A stretch of DNA of 63,987 nt, filler included, from Octopus bimaculoides (lineage: Eukaryota): the NCBI RefSeq assembly GCF_001194135.2. It is 3 parts of 3 records of this genome, joined end to end, with 100 filler letters (N's around TTAATTAATTAA, not from the genome) between each part and the next. Parts side by side here need not be neighbours in the genome. Positions count along the whole stretch, not along the records: positions 1 to 28,255 come from NC_068982.1; 2 more parts are not named here. One strand, 5' to 3'. Within the stretch, counting starts at the first letter, position 1. Each line of letters starts with the position of its first letter. The notes under the pieces were generated by a model, which saw only the letters and a list, made by a program, of their open reading frames with translations, did no database searches and was not told the DNA's origin. This document shows positions 1-13,181 of the stretch, one piece after another. The position numbers were made by a program, and so were the translations under genes.

Positions 1-190
1 GGGGGGGGGGGATCCTCAGTACTGCATATCACCTGTCATCCTTGTCCTTTGAAGTCCTGAGATCAGTCTTCACTTTTTTATTCCATGTCTTCCTGAGTCT
101 CTGTCTTCCACATATATAACATTTATTATATTTTGTAGTTGATTTAAGTGTTTACAATTGTAATTCTTTTACTGTTTTGCTTTCTTATAG

Positions 191-260
191 GGAGGAGCAA
201 CTGTACACTGGGATACCCCAATAGATTCCATTTCTTCAGCAACTGCTGCATCAAGGAAAA
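191..260 (+). CDS. CEP112: CEP112 internal exon (GGATVHWDTPIDSISSATAASRK + 1 nt)
   Basis: Acceptor tttcttatag and donor gtaaga; 70 nt, open in frame 0, and its phase-1 end joins the 3439 exon in frame. Assignment to CEP112 rests on splicing continuity, not on similarity of this exon. Confidence 0.6.
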
Positions 261-2502
261 GTAAGAGAATTATTTCTTTTCATCATCATTATCATTGTGA
301 CTACCCCACATTATATAAGGGTAGGTGGGAGTAGTTGGAAAGAAGACTTTTGCTATTTGTTTTAGGTACTTATGTAGTCGCAAGTAGACATAAATATCCT
401 CTTATTAGCTCTCCTAACCTTTGGCTCATTGGAACAGATGGAGTGAGTGAGAAAGAGGGTTGCACTAGCACACAGCTGGTACTCATCTTCAGATGAGTGT
501 ACTGGAACAGCATGCAATGAAGTGCCTTGCTTGTACAAAACATGCCTGGTCCAGGAATTGAATTCATGATCTTACAATTACAAGCCCAACACTCTAATCA
601 CTGGATTACACACCTGATTGCAAGTACTTGGTTTTTATGGAATTTGTGTAATGATTTCAATTTCAATTAAAAGACCCATCTGACACTAAACCTTCTTACT
701 ATTAACATGCACAGTAGTGTCAAATTAGAAGGAATGGTTTTTTAAAATACTTTTTTTTACAAGAATTTTCCATGTAAGAGCTGGTTTTGATAATTGATAT
801 GTTTTTAAACAAGTATTTTTACAACTAGCTGCTGCTTTCTTAATACTATAAACTCTCTTGTAAAGTACATGTTACAACAGCAAATGCACATTGTGCACCA
901 GTCTAAACTATGTTAGTAATCATCATCATCGTCATCATCATCATCATCTAATGTCTGTCTTTAATGATGGCATGGGTTGGACGGTTTCACAGGAGTTGGC
1001 CAGGCAGAAGACTACCTCAGACTACTGTGTCTGTTTTGGCACAGTCTTGGCATGCCCTTCCTAACACCAACCACCCTTTAGAGTAGACTGAGTGCTTTTT
1101 ATATGGCCCCAATGCAGGCAAGATCAGTTTTGGCATGGTTTTTACAGCTGGATGCCCTTCTAAATGATAACCACTTCACAGTGTGGACTGGATGCTTTTT
1201 ATGTGGTAACTAAAAGAAAAATGGTAAAATATTGGCTTCAAACTCTGGCATAGGGTCAGGTATTTTAGGGGAGGGGGTAAGTCGGTTACATTGACCCCAG
1301 TATCCAACTGGTACTTATTTTATCGACCCTGAAGGGATGAAAGGTAAAGTTGGCCTCGGTGGAATTTGAACTCAGAATGTCAAGATGGACGAAATGACAT
1401 TTAGCATTTAGCCTGGAGTGCTAACCGCCTTGAAAAAAATGGTAAAAATATTGGCCACATGAAGACACTGGAAGTTTTTTTCAGCTGCATCCTGCAGAAG
1501 TAGTTATCTTTTGTCAGCCAGGCAGAATGTGGCAAACAGAATAATATGTTCTTTATAGGGATGCAATACAAAACAAAAAAGTTCAACTCCTGGTCTATAT
1601 CATAAACTTGTGGCTGTTTTACTTGTTTAAATTGATTTAACCCTTAGGAGACAACAGGACTGATCTATCAGCTGAAAAGTCAAATGACGAAGAAGACTGT
1701 ATTAGTTCATTTGATTTCCTACAAGAATATATATATAGTTTTCATCATTATCATCCTCCTCATTTAATGTCCACTCTCCATGCTGGCATGGGTTTGACAG
1801 TTTGACTAGAGCCAATGAACCAGCGAGCTGCAAGAGGTTCCGGTCTGATTTGGCAATGTTTCTACAGCTGGATGCGCTTCCTAATGTCAATTAGTCCAGG
1901 AGTGTAAAGGGTGCTTTTATGTGCCACCAGCATGGGTATCATTTACATGACACCAACAATGACCACAACTACGATTCACAGGTGCCATTTACAAGGCACT
2001 GGCAATGATGCAAAAGTAATTACTTTATTTTTTATAATTTTTTTGAAAAATAAGTGTGTGACCTCTGTAGGGCTTGTGAAAAGGGCTCTGTCTTCTTGGC
2101 ATTGCAACAACAAATGAAGCTTCATCTCTAAAGGGTAAAGAGCTTCTGCTCCCTCCTTCTATATCCTCTTCTTAGCCCATCCTTGCCATCATTCTCCACA
2201 TTGCTGGTGGTGGCATTGTGATTAAATTCCATGCTTGCATGGTTCAGAGAAAACTTTGTTGAGGCACATTTTTCTACAGCCACATGCTCTTCCTGTCACC
2301 AACACTCACCTGTTTCCCAGCAAAGTAAAATTTTTCTCTAGTTCTTTTGAATAATGAGTAGTTCAATGGCTGGACATGCTTTCATAGAGAATTGCAGGCA
2401 AATGATGCTTTTTCTATGATGGTGTTCTTTGTATCACAATAAACATGCTCATGTCAGGACAGGGGAATGTACAGACACATGCACATGCACACACACGCAC
2501 TC

Positions 2503-2503
2503 A

Positions 2504-2594
<91 letters not shown>

Positions 2595-2620
2595 ACACAC
2601 ACACACACACACACACACAT
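2503..2620. repeat. (CA)n microsatellite; many others, e.g. (CT)n 5083-5152 and 6138-6225, (TAA)n 10728-10777, (TA)n 60196-60257
   Basis: Read directly. These tracts generate most of the low-complexity ORFs in the supplied track. Confidence 0.98.
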
Positions 2621-3438
2621 ACTCTTACACATATCTGCATAGAAAGAGTTGGCTATGTAGTTAAAAGGTCTGCTTGCTAACCAAATAGTTTCAGGTTCAG
2701 TCCTACTGTGTAACACTTCAAGCAAGTGCCTTCTTCCATAGCCCTGAGCCAAGCAAAACTGTGGGAGTAGAGTTGGCAGACAGAAACTGAAAGCCTATCA
2801 TGTATATGCTTGTGTGTGTGTGTTTGTCCTTGTTTTGGCATTGCATGATAGTTGTAAATGATTGTCACTGTCATACAAGCAGTGTCATTCATTTCCAATA
2901 TTCTGCAAAAATATGTCTGGCCAGTGGGGAAATATTATCTTGCATGGAAACAGGTGAGGGTTGGTGACAGGAAGGGTATCCAGCCATAGAGAAACTGCCT
3001 CAATAAACTTCATCTAACTCATGCAGACATAGAGAAGTGGACGTTAAATGCTGTTGCTGCAGCTGCTGCTGATGATGATGATGTAGTTCCCTCCTACCAA
3101 GTTTCTCTCATAAGCCATTGATATATTGCTATGGTAGAAGACACCAACTGATAGCGTCCATGCCATAGGAATGAACCCTTTACCACCTAGTTCCAAAGCT
3201 GACTTCTTCATCATACAGCCATTCCCTAGGTATGGTGCAGCATTAACTCATTACTATGTGTGAGAGTAGCAGCCTCCTGCTACTCTCATACAGACACGCT
3301 ACAGCAATGAAAGTGATTATTAAAGGCTGATAAATTTTCATTAACCTTTCAAAATTCCGAACATACGGAAAAAAATTCCCAAATTTGTAAAACTCTATTC
3401 ATAGAAGTTTAATTATCTCCTCATATTTTATTTTATAG

Positions 3439-3488
3439 GCTTAATCGATGATTCTCAAAGATTAATTCAGTCTAATGAACGCTATGAA
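3439..3488 (+). CDS. CEP112: CEP112 internal exon (SLIDDSQRLIQSNERYE)
   Basis: Acceptor ttttatag, donor gtaagt; 50 nt, phase 1 to 0, in frame with both neighbouring exons. Confidence 0.7.
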
Positions 3489-4655
3489 GTAAGTATTAAG
3501 TGTTTTTAGACAAACCTATACAAAACTATTCCATGCTATTCCATTTTCTATGAAAAATTTGATCCTGGTCAGAGTTTCAATGATATCAAACAGTACAGAT
3601 TAAACCTGCTTTTGGAATCTAGCTTCCATTCATATCTTTTATAAACACACCTCTTTCATCTGTCAATGGGGGGGAATTGGTAAATATCTGCACATTTTTA
3701 TTGTTTTTAAATTACAAAAGAATGATTGAAATTTTTGCAATACAAAGAATTGCTTTTGTTTGTATTGATATGCGTTATGTTTATAGCAAGTATATTTTAT
3801 AGCTAATAAACCTCATTTCAACTGAGTTTTTATTTAGCTTCAGATGATATTCTTTTGATTAAATATCAGGTTGTAATGTAATTAAATTGTAAAAGAATGC
3901 CGATGTATTGTGGTGAATTGTAATCATAAATTGTAATATAATAAAGTGCAAATATAACACAAAGCCGTTGCAATAGCAATAAAGTACAATGACTTCGAAG
4001 CCACGACAACGACTTTGTTTTATTGACTATCTGTTGTTGTTGTTCAGTAGCAGCAGCAGCAGTAGCAGCAGCAGCAGTAGCAGGCAACACTATTTCTTAC
4101 CTTAGAATTTCTAAATCTAAAAGCTACAGTCAATTGTGAGCAAAATTACATTTAAATATTCCCCTTATAATAAAAATTCTCTTTGAATGCACAATACTAA
4201 ATATTAATTCCGTTTGATTGAAGGAAACTCAAACAATTAATTTCTCTTGGTTTGTTTCGAGCTTCTCAAGTCAAGAAGGACAGTTTTATAATAGATTCTA
4301 TGATGTCATTGTTACTGGATGATATTGTTTGGCCGATGTGTAAGGCGCAAATTTAATTAAATATTTCTTGTTAAAAGATGTGTAGGAAAAGTTATAACTT
4401 GAAATGAGTGGATAATATATTTCTAGTAGTTTTAAATTTAGTGAGCTTGATACTGCAAGCCAAGTTTGTTACTCTGTCATGATTTCCATTTTATGCTATT
4501 TTCTGTTCAGTTTCATGGATAATGTCTTTACAGATAGGCATGACTATCACAACACACCTTATTCACTTCTACTTTAAAAATATTGTGTTGCTTGTCTACC
4601 CCCAAAAGGTAGTAGGAAACCATTCCAATGTACTCATTTTGGTATACCTTATTAG

Positions 4656-4862
4656 CCCTTTAGCATATCCGGCCCAAATATTTTACCTGTTATATGGTGA
4701 AACTGACCAGATCTGGCTTCTCACACCTATTCTACAATGTCATTCTAAAAATAAACAATCACATGATTGAAATATCAAAGCTATGAGATAGTGCATGATT
4801 AATTCAAATCAATGTGAATAAATAAGCATTACATTTGACAGAGTAATCTGAATGTTTTAGGG
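4656..4862. mobile_element. piggyBac-type MITE
   Basis: Ends CCCTTTAGCAT...AATGTTTTAGGG followed by TTAA; related copy 13222-13622 is split by an RTE insertion. Confidence 0.7.
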
Positions 4863-5080
4863 TTAAAGTTATAGTGGGTTGTATCTAGAAATGGATATGT
4901 TACTAATATAGAAAGTAGCATCATATTTATGTGAAGTGAATATATGTAGACTAGTGGTTAGGGTGTTGGGGTTCAATTCTTGGACTGGTTGGTAACCTTA
5001 TCTTTTTGAACAAAGTGTTTTTTCATGTTACTCCACTTTACCCATCTGAAAATGAGTGCCAGCTTTGTGCTGTGGCACCC

Positions 5081-5157
<77 letters not shown>

Positions 5158-6134
5158 CATCTATCACATCCTCAGTGTTTTGCTAGATCAATTCTGAGGA
5201 GGTGTCTATATCTGCATGTGACATAGGTACCTAAAATAATTAGCATAAGTACATAGGACCAAGTCATACTCACTTGTGAATCACTGCTATGACATCCACA
5301 TGTCTACTATAGAGATGATGTATAAGTATGTTTAAATATTACCATTTTACAGGGGTGTAAAGATTCAAACCTATAGTGAATGGGAAATGGGAATTTATAA
5401 CAGCAAAGCTTTCCCAATGTTTTGACTGATATAAGTGAATTCCCCATTCTTTAAATGAATTCTCTATCTTAAGTCAGCAGAAGTCTCACAGGAACACTAA
5501 TGATTCAAAGGTCGACATGTCCTATACTCATGTCCTGGTGGTTGGAGAAGTTGGAAACATGTTGGAATCTACTAAAATTGAGACATGCAAATGATTCATT
5601 CCTAAGATTTCAACTGAAGTTTTGGTTAATTTACTTCATGTTACAAAACAGAAGTCACATATGCTCTTTTGGTACCTAACTGCCTTGCTATTCTGTATCA
5701 TGGAGGCAGCAGCCTCATTTCCAGCCACCCAGACTAACTCTGTAAGCTCCCTCCTCCTACCTACATAAAAGTAACAACCTTTATGTAGGATCGCTTAATT
5801 AGGCCTGGCTTGGTAATTAAGCCCCTATTCCATTCCATATGAAGAAGTTTAACTTCTTAACTATAATGAAGGTGACATGACTATGAAACTGTGCACTCTG
5901 AAGAAGAACCTGACATCATCATTTAACATCCACTTTTCCATGCATATATGGGTTGGACAGAGCTTTTGAGGTGGGTTTTCTAGAGCTGAATGTCCCTTCT
6001 GTTGCCAACCCTCACCAGTTTCCAAGTAAGCTAATATTTCCATGTCTAGACACGTTTCCACAGAAGATTGGAAATAAAGGACATAACTTGCATGATAGTG
6101 ATACTTACAGCTCTCAAAGCAAGGAGACACTAAG

Positions 6135-6226
<92 letters not shown>

Positions 6227-6963
6227 GCACACACACACATCTGACAGGCTTCTTTTAGTTTCTGCTTACCAAATCCACTCATAAGGCTTTGGTTAGCCCA
6301 TAGATATAATAAAAGGCATTTGCCCAAGGTGCTATGTTGTGGGACTGAACCTGAAACCATGTGGTTAGGAAGCAAACTTCTTACCACACAGCCATGTCTA
6401 TGCCTGACAGTCTGACTGTATGTGTATGAAAAGATCTCACCTTAATCACATGAGGGAATGTGGACTTGACAAGCTACACTGAAGGTTGTTCATTTGACAG
6501 GTTTGTAGTTGTAAATAGAGGCTGACAGAAAGTAGAAGGAACATTTTGGGTTTGGAAGGAGCATTTCTGGTGCCAGTGGCATGGATAAAATGCTCTCAGA
6601 CCATGCTGTAAAATAGTTGATGATAGAAATAGCATGTGAATGTAAGGAAAATAAAGTTAAAATCTTCTACAAGCAACAGAGATTGGCAGTTTTCTCTTTG
6701 TGTGTGACAGACTTTGGTCCAATACAGATGTTAAATGTGTTGTTACAAAAATGGATGTTAAAAATGATGGCAATGTCAATTAGAATGATAATCGATCCCC
6801 CGCCTTCTACCTCATCATCACTGTCATAATCATCATCATTGTCATCACTGTTATTATCATCATTCTAGTCATCCTCTTCACTGTCAATATCACCATTATC
6901 GTCATCGTTATTAGCATTGCTGTCACCATTGTCTCCATCACCACTACCACCGCCACCACTACC

Positions 6964-6995
<32 letters not shown>

Positions 6996-7032
6996 TTGAC
7001 TCTTGTTCGTCTCTTGGAACAACTCTTTTTTT

Positions 7033-7437
7033 TTTTACTTGTTTCAGTCTTTTGACTGTGGCCATACTGGAGCACCGCCTTTAGTCGAGCAAATCGACCC
7101 CAGGACTTATTCTTTAGAAGCCTAGTACTTATTCTATCGATCTCTTTTGCCGAACCGCTAAGTTACGGGGACATAAACACACCAGCATCGGTTGTCAAGT
7201 GATGCTGGGGGACAAACACACACACACAAACACACATACACACACACACACACACATATATATATACATATATACAACGGGCTTCTTTCAATTTCCGTCT
7301 ACCAAATCCACTCACAAGGCTTTGGTCAGCCCGAGGCTATAGTAGAAGACACTTGCCCAAGATGCCAGGCAGTGGGACTGAACCCGGGACCACGTGGTTG
7401 GTAAGCTAGCTACTTACCACACAGCCACTCCTACGCC
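7033..7437 (-). mobile_element. tRNA-type SINE family A with internal (CA)/(TA) microsatellite
   Basis: Head ggcgtaggagtggctgtgtggtaag with A/B-box-like motifs; near-identical copies at 24626-25180 (-) and 55288-55707 (+); partial or diverged copies near 2640, 6245, 9176-9558, 18780, 20345, 44030, 45116, 47020, 49548 and 50126. Confidence 0.9.
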
Positions 7438-7624
7438 TGTAAATTTAAAAAAATTATTTTTGTAGCAGTAAAGTATATATTATCAGACTTTCCCAAATCT
7501 CAGACACTGTTGTTTTCTGAGTAATTATTATAATTGTTATCTTTTTTTCTTTTACATTTTAATGCTTTTATTAATTCAAAATTTTGATTTTCTTTTCTGA
7601 ATTTATGTAAAATTTTCTCCTCAG

Positions 7625-7711
7625 CGTGAAAAGCAAATTAAAATGATGGAAGCAAAATTCCATGAAGAAAAACTCCAAGAACAAGAGAAACATGATCAAG
7701 CTGTCACAGCG
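7625..7711 (+). CDS. CEP112: CEP112 internal exon (REKQIKMMEAKFHEEKLQEQEKHDQAVTA)
   Basis: Acceptor ttctcctcag, donor gtatca; 87 nt, phase 0-0. KMMEAKFHEEKL matches my recollection of vertebrate CEP112 (KMMEAKFHEEKLKLQQKHD). Confidence 0.9.
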
Positions 7712-7717
7712 GTATCA

Positions 7718-7748
<31 letters not shown>

Positions 7749-8103
7749 TTAAATCTTGTTTAATCTCTTTCGAAAATCCATACAAACTAGGTCAAAGGAA
7801 TTTGGAACAGAAAGGTTTCCAGTAAGAAATTTCAACTATTTCTACACAAAATAACATCACAATTCTCACAGACACTAGGTAATACAATTAGTATGGAAGT
7901 ATGGTGATTTATATGAGGGACGGAGAGAGAGAGGGGGGAGAGAAGAAGGGAGAAACACATATGTCATCATCATTATTTAACATTTATATTTCATGCTGGC
8001 ATGGGTTAGACAGTTTGACAGGATCCAGTGAGCTGCAAGCTGTTTTATCTCCAATGTCATCTTTGGTATGGGTTCTAAGGTTAGGATGTTTGCCTGCCTG
8101 CCT

Positions 8104-8491
8104 GCTCACCCACACTGTTGCAACCATTGAAAAATTGGATTTTGTGTTGCCGGGACACACTCTGCATACTGTCCAGATCTCTCCCCTTCTGATTATTACA
8201 TCTTTGGAATGCTCAAACATCCTTTACAAGGTGAGCAATTTGCTACAGATGAAGAAGTACAGATGAAGAAGTACAGATGAAGAAGTACAGATGAAGAAGA
8301 ACAGATGGCAGTGCAGAGATGGCTGCATGACCAGCTTGAAAACCTTCTTCTCCAATGGAGTATGCAAGCTTGTGGACCGTTGGAAGAAGTACATCGGAAA
8401 GTAAGAAGGCTATGCCCCAAAATGATGTAATTGCTTAACCCCTGCTTTTGTTTTTATAAATTACAGAAACAGGAGTGTGTATACCCTTGTA
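8104..8491 (+). mobile_element. Mariner transposase C-terminal relic
   Basis: PDLSPSDYYIFGMLKHPLQGEQFATDEEVQ...FFSNGVCKLVDRWKKYI with frameshifts and an internal 14-nt tandem expansion. Confidence 0.85.
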
Positions 8492-8562
8492 TGTATGTGT
8501 GTGTGTTTACACACACACACACACACACACATATATCTATATATTACGTCATATGTAAACAG

Positions 8563-8949
8563 TGGAGGCACAATGGTCCAGTGGTTAGGGCAGCGGACTC
8601 GCGGTCATAGGATCGCGGTTTCGATTCCGAGACTGGGCCTTGTGAGTGTTTATTGAGCGAAAACACCTAAAAGCTTCACGAGGCTCTGGCAGGGGATGGT
8701 GGCGAACTCTGCTGTACTCTTCCACCACAACTTTCTCTCACTCTTACTTCCTGTTTCTGTTGTGCCTGTAATTCAAAGGGTCAGCCTTGTCACACTGTGT
8801 CACGCTGAATATCCCTGAGAACTACGTTAAGGATACACGTTTCTGTGGAGTGCTCAGCCACTTGCACGTTAATTTCAATAGCAGGCTGTTCCATTGATCG
8901 GATCAACTGGAACCTTCGACGTCGTAAGCAACGGAGTGCCAACAACAAC
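8563..8949 (+). mobile_element. tRNA-type SINE family B ((CAA)n tail)
   Basis: Head ggaggcgcaatggcccagtggttagggcagcggactc; near-identical copies at 22822-23205 (-) and 42208-42592 (+). Confidence 0.9.
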
Positions 8950-9763
8950 ATATGTAAACAAACAAAAGCTGTCTACTATTTCTAAGGATTCTCCCTGGAC
9001 ATTTGAGGAAGTCAGTTTTCTCAAATGTCTAGTGGAATTCTTAATTATATTATTATAGAAGGTATCAAATATTTCCTTATTGAAGGACAGATTTGAAATC
9101 ATTCAGTGAATAGTTTTGTGGAAATTCTTTGAAACATGTAAATATATAGGTGCCGCTATGGCTGTATATTGGCACAAGCATGGTTATGTAGTTAAGAAGC
9201 TTATTCTAAAACCTTGTGGTTTCAAGTTCAGTCCCACTGTGCATCACCTTGGGCAAATGTCTTCTGCTATAGCCACTGAACAACCAATGCCTTGTGAATG
9301 TATTTGGTAGAAAAAAACTGTGTGGAAGCCTCTGTGTGTGTGTGTGTGTGTGTGTATTATGTGTTTGTTCTGTCCCACTGCTTGACAACTGGTGTTGGTT
9401 TGCTTACATCCCCATAACAATTCTGCAAAAGAGACTGGTGGAATAAGTACCAAACTTTTTTTAAAACGAAAAGTACTGAGGTTAATTTATTTGACAAAAA
9501 AACCCTTCACGGCAGTGCCTCAGCATGGCCACAGTCCAATGACTGAAACATGTCAAAGATACAAAGATACACTTTGATCCTATGATGGATAGTATTATCA
9601 ATAAGAACTGCAATAGCAATGCTACATTTTTTCCCCCATAGTAGTCATTAGCTTCTAAATAAATGACTGTAGTACAGTCTGTGCATCTATAAATCTTTAA
9701 TGAATTCTGCTTATATATCTAGGTAGAACATCATATATATGTATGTATATAAATATGTATGTA

Positions 9764-9808
<45 letters not shown>

Positions 9809-10435
9809 GTGTAACAATTCCCAGGAAAGCAAGACTGATTGGCTTGATAATATTTTTATGAATTTAAGATTCATTAATTCTTCAATAGATATTATACAAA
9901 CATGAAATAGCGAAATCTCTTCTATAAACTGTGATTTAATTTTGTCTCACTTTTCTAATGTCCTATCAATTAATAAAGTTAAAATGAAATTTCATTTAGT
10001 CACTTCTGCTGCAGAATATTTGCACAACTTTCAATATTTAATTATCATGACAGTCTCTTGGGAGGTTATTTCGAGTCATAGCTGTTTAAATTATAATTAC
10101 TAGTACAAAGTATCTTACTTTGTAGTCCTTGGGATATTTTCTCGCTTTGGTTTTTCACTATCTCAGCTTTTACAAGTGTCTAGACACAGACATACTAGTA
10201 GTTCTCAGTGTAGTTTAAAATTTGATAGATGTACTCAAAATTATTTAAAATAGGAATAAAGACATTTGAATGACACCACTGGCAATCTATTTTAACTCCC
10301 TAGAACAGTCAAAATCTTGAGTCTTGTGAGTGAATTTGGTAAGCAGAAAACTGAAATAAAGCGCATGTGTGTGTGTGTATTTTCTATTATTAATCAAAAG
10401 TTATTGTGTGACTCTAGGGCTGAGATCTCATGCAG

Positions 10436-10477
<42 letters not shown>

Positions 10478-10478
<1 letters not shown>

Positions 10479-10693
10479 GTTTCAAATTTTTCCACAAGGG
10501 CAGCAATTTTGGGGAAAGGGACGAGTCAATTACATCGACCCCAGTATTCAACTGGTACTTAATTTATTGACCCCCCCAAAAGGATGAAAGGCAAAGTCGA
10601 CCTTGGAGGAATTTGAACTCAGATTGGAGCAACAAGTGAAATACTGCTAAGCATTTCGTCCAGTGTGCTAATGATTCTGCCAGCTTGCCACCT

Positions 10694-10778
<85 letters not shown>

Positions 10779-11385
10779 CCTTTCTACTATTGGCACAAGG
10801 TCTGAAATTTATGGGGAGGGGACTAGGTAATTACATCGACTCCACTGCATAACTGGTGCTTAATTTATTAACCCCAAAAGGATGAATGGCAAAGTCAACC
10901 CTGGCAGCATTTGAACTCAGAACGTGAAGACAGACAAAATACTGCTAAGCATTTCGCCCAGCATGCTAACGATTCTGCCAGCTCTCTGCAATGATTCGGC
11001 ACAAAACCAGCAAGTTCAGGGGAGGGGCTTAGTTGATTACATTGAGTCCAGTGCTCAGCTGCACTTATTTTAACAACCCCAAAAGAACAAAAGGCAAGGT
11101 GGACCCCAGTGGCCTGTCAACTCAAAACACGAAGTAATGATTCTGCTAGAATTGCCACCTTAATAATAATGATACTACTACTACTAATAATAATCCTGAA
11201 ATTTTGGGGGAGGGGTCTAGCTGATTACATCAACCCCAGTGCTTCACTGGTACTTAATTTATCGACCTCAAAAGGATGAAAGGCAAAGTCAACCTTGGTG
11301 GAACTTGAACTCAGAGCATCAAAGTGGATGAAATGCTGCTAAGCATTTTTCCCAGTGTGCTACTGATTCTGCCAGCTAGCTGCCT
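10478..11385 (-). mobile_element. Head-to-tail train of about 4 SINE family E copies separated by (TAA)n/(TAC)n
   Basis: Repeated ...agcatttcg...gattctgccagct units of about 210 nt; further trains at about 25325-25770 (-), 51334-52990 (+) and 61228-62040 (+); copies also at 15955, 41040, 41718 and 43355. Confidence 0.85.
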
Positions 11386-12269
11386 TACTACTACTATTGC
11401 TGCTGCTGGTGGCAGCGGTGGTGGTGAAGATACTGCTGCTGCTGCTGATGATGATGATGATGAAGAAATATGTGTGTATGTGTCTGTCTCTTTGTTTTGA
11501 CATAATGTGATGACAGTAAACAAACATCACTGTCATACAAGTGGTGTTGTTTGTTTGCAATCCATCATGAAAATGTGGTCAACCAGGGGGAAGTATTACC
11601 TTGCACTTGAAATCAGGTGAGGGTTGGTGACGGAAAGAGCATCCAGCCAAAGCAAAAATCTGATTCAACAAATCCAGTCTGACCCATGAAAGCATGGAGA
11701 AGTCAACATTGAATTGATGATGGGGACAATGGCTGTGACTATGATGAATTATTTGGTAGAAACTAAAGCATCAGATTGTCTTTGATTTAGTGACAAGAGA
11801 GACAGCAAAATTTTGAAACAATCATAGAATGGCAACATATCAGGTGTTTTGATTGTCGTGGACTGTTATCAATCTCTCAAATATTTTGTAGATAAATAAT
11901 TTGCTTCTGTGTTTGACAGAAAGAATTGTCTAATTGGCTTATTATGACAGCTAATGAATTGAAGGATTTTTATATATAACTTAATGATATTAGCTCGAGT
12001 GGTGAAGGAGATGACGATAAATCATTGAAGCATCTCAGAAACACAATACTCCCAACATTGGTGTCACAACATCTAAGTATAGAAGTATTGGGTTATACCA
12101 TACATAATGCGGTTTTATCAATTGCATGAACTAAAAGTTAGAGGAGGACAGGATAAACTACCTGCATCAACTTGCTATAAAAGCAGGTAGTAATTTTACC
12201 TTGTCCTTATTCTTAGTGCAGTTTTGAAGAGTGCAGTTCGATTTCAACAGTTATATTTTCAAAGCTGTA

Positions 12270-12910
12270 ATGGAAGTGACAAAGGAGCATATTCGACATA
12301 TTTTGCTTTATGAGTTCAATAAAGGCAACAACACAACAAAAAGTGTGAGGAATATCAATGCAGTATAACTACACTCTCGTAGTGGTTGGCGTTAGGAAGG
12401 GCATCCAGCTGTAGAAACTCTACCAGATCAGATTGGAGCCTGGTGCAGCCTTCTTGCTTGCCAGTCCTCAGTCAAAGCATCCAACCCTTGCTAGCATGGA
12501 TGGCAGACGTTAAACGATGATGATGATGGGGATTGGACAATAAGCATAAGCCAGTGTCAACAGTGGTTCCAGAAATTCCGGGCCACAAACTGCAGCCTAA
12601 ATGACAAGCCTCATCTTGGAAGATCTGTAGAGCGTGACGAGGATGTCCTGCAAAGCTTGGTGGAACAAAATCCCATCCTAACTGTTGAGGAACTAACAGA
12701 GAAGCTTGGATTTGGTCATTCAACCACTCATCGACACCTGAGTGCCATTGGAAACATCAGCAAATTAGATCAATGGGCTCCTCACAAACTTTCCAAGTTT
12801 AATTGCATGCAGAGAGTGAATGTGTGCTCTTCTTTGCTGTTATGTCTCACGAATGAACCTTTTTTGGACCGAACAGTAACTGGTGACAGAAAATGGGTTG
12901 CCAGTCACTA
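12270..12910 (+). mobile_element. Mariner transposase N-terminal relic, split by an RTE 3'-end insertion (about 12368-12528)
   Basis: MEVTKEHIRHILLYEFNKG, then QCQQWFQKFR...LVEQNPILTVEELTEKLG...RHLSAIG...WAPHKL...FLDRTVTGDRKWV (mariner HTH and start of the DD34D domain). Confidence 0.92.
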
Positions 12911-13081
12911 AATAGTGGAACAGTACTGTAGAAAATGAAGGAGAGTATATTTTAGATTAGAAAAGAACTTGGTTTATCTTAATTTTGAAAACTAAAAGAA
13001 GTATAAAAAACTGCATTATTTATGGGATGATCCAATACTTGACTTTATGAACTTGTGTTACGCTTTTTTTCAATTTTACAG

Positions 13082-13181
13082 ATTTTGGATCGTAAAAATG
13101 CAGAAATTGAAGAACTGAAAACAAATTTCAATGAAAAAAGAAGTGAGCTTGAAGAAACTTTATTTAAACTAGAAAATGAAG
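13082..13181 (+). CDS. CEP112: CEP112 internal exon (ILDRKNAEIEELKTNFNEKRSELEETLFKLENE + G)
   Basis: Acceptor aattttacag, donor gtgagt; 100 nt, phase 0 to 1; resembles recalled CEP112 ILERKNNEIEELK...EETIRKLEKKV. Confidence 0.9.

Noticed and set aside
2429-2752. Thr-His, Cys-Val, Tyr-Ile, Glu-Arg and X-filled ORFs here and throughout the ORF track
   Set aside because: They are translations of microsatellites or N gaps.
4102-4117. Minus-strand 16-nt exon-like site (ttttag|ATTTAGAAATTCTAAG|gtaaga)
   Set aside because: Isolated, not a multiple of three, and expected by chance.
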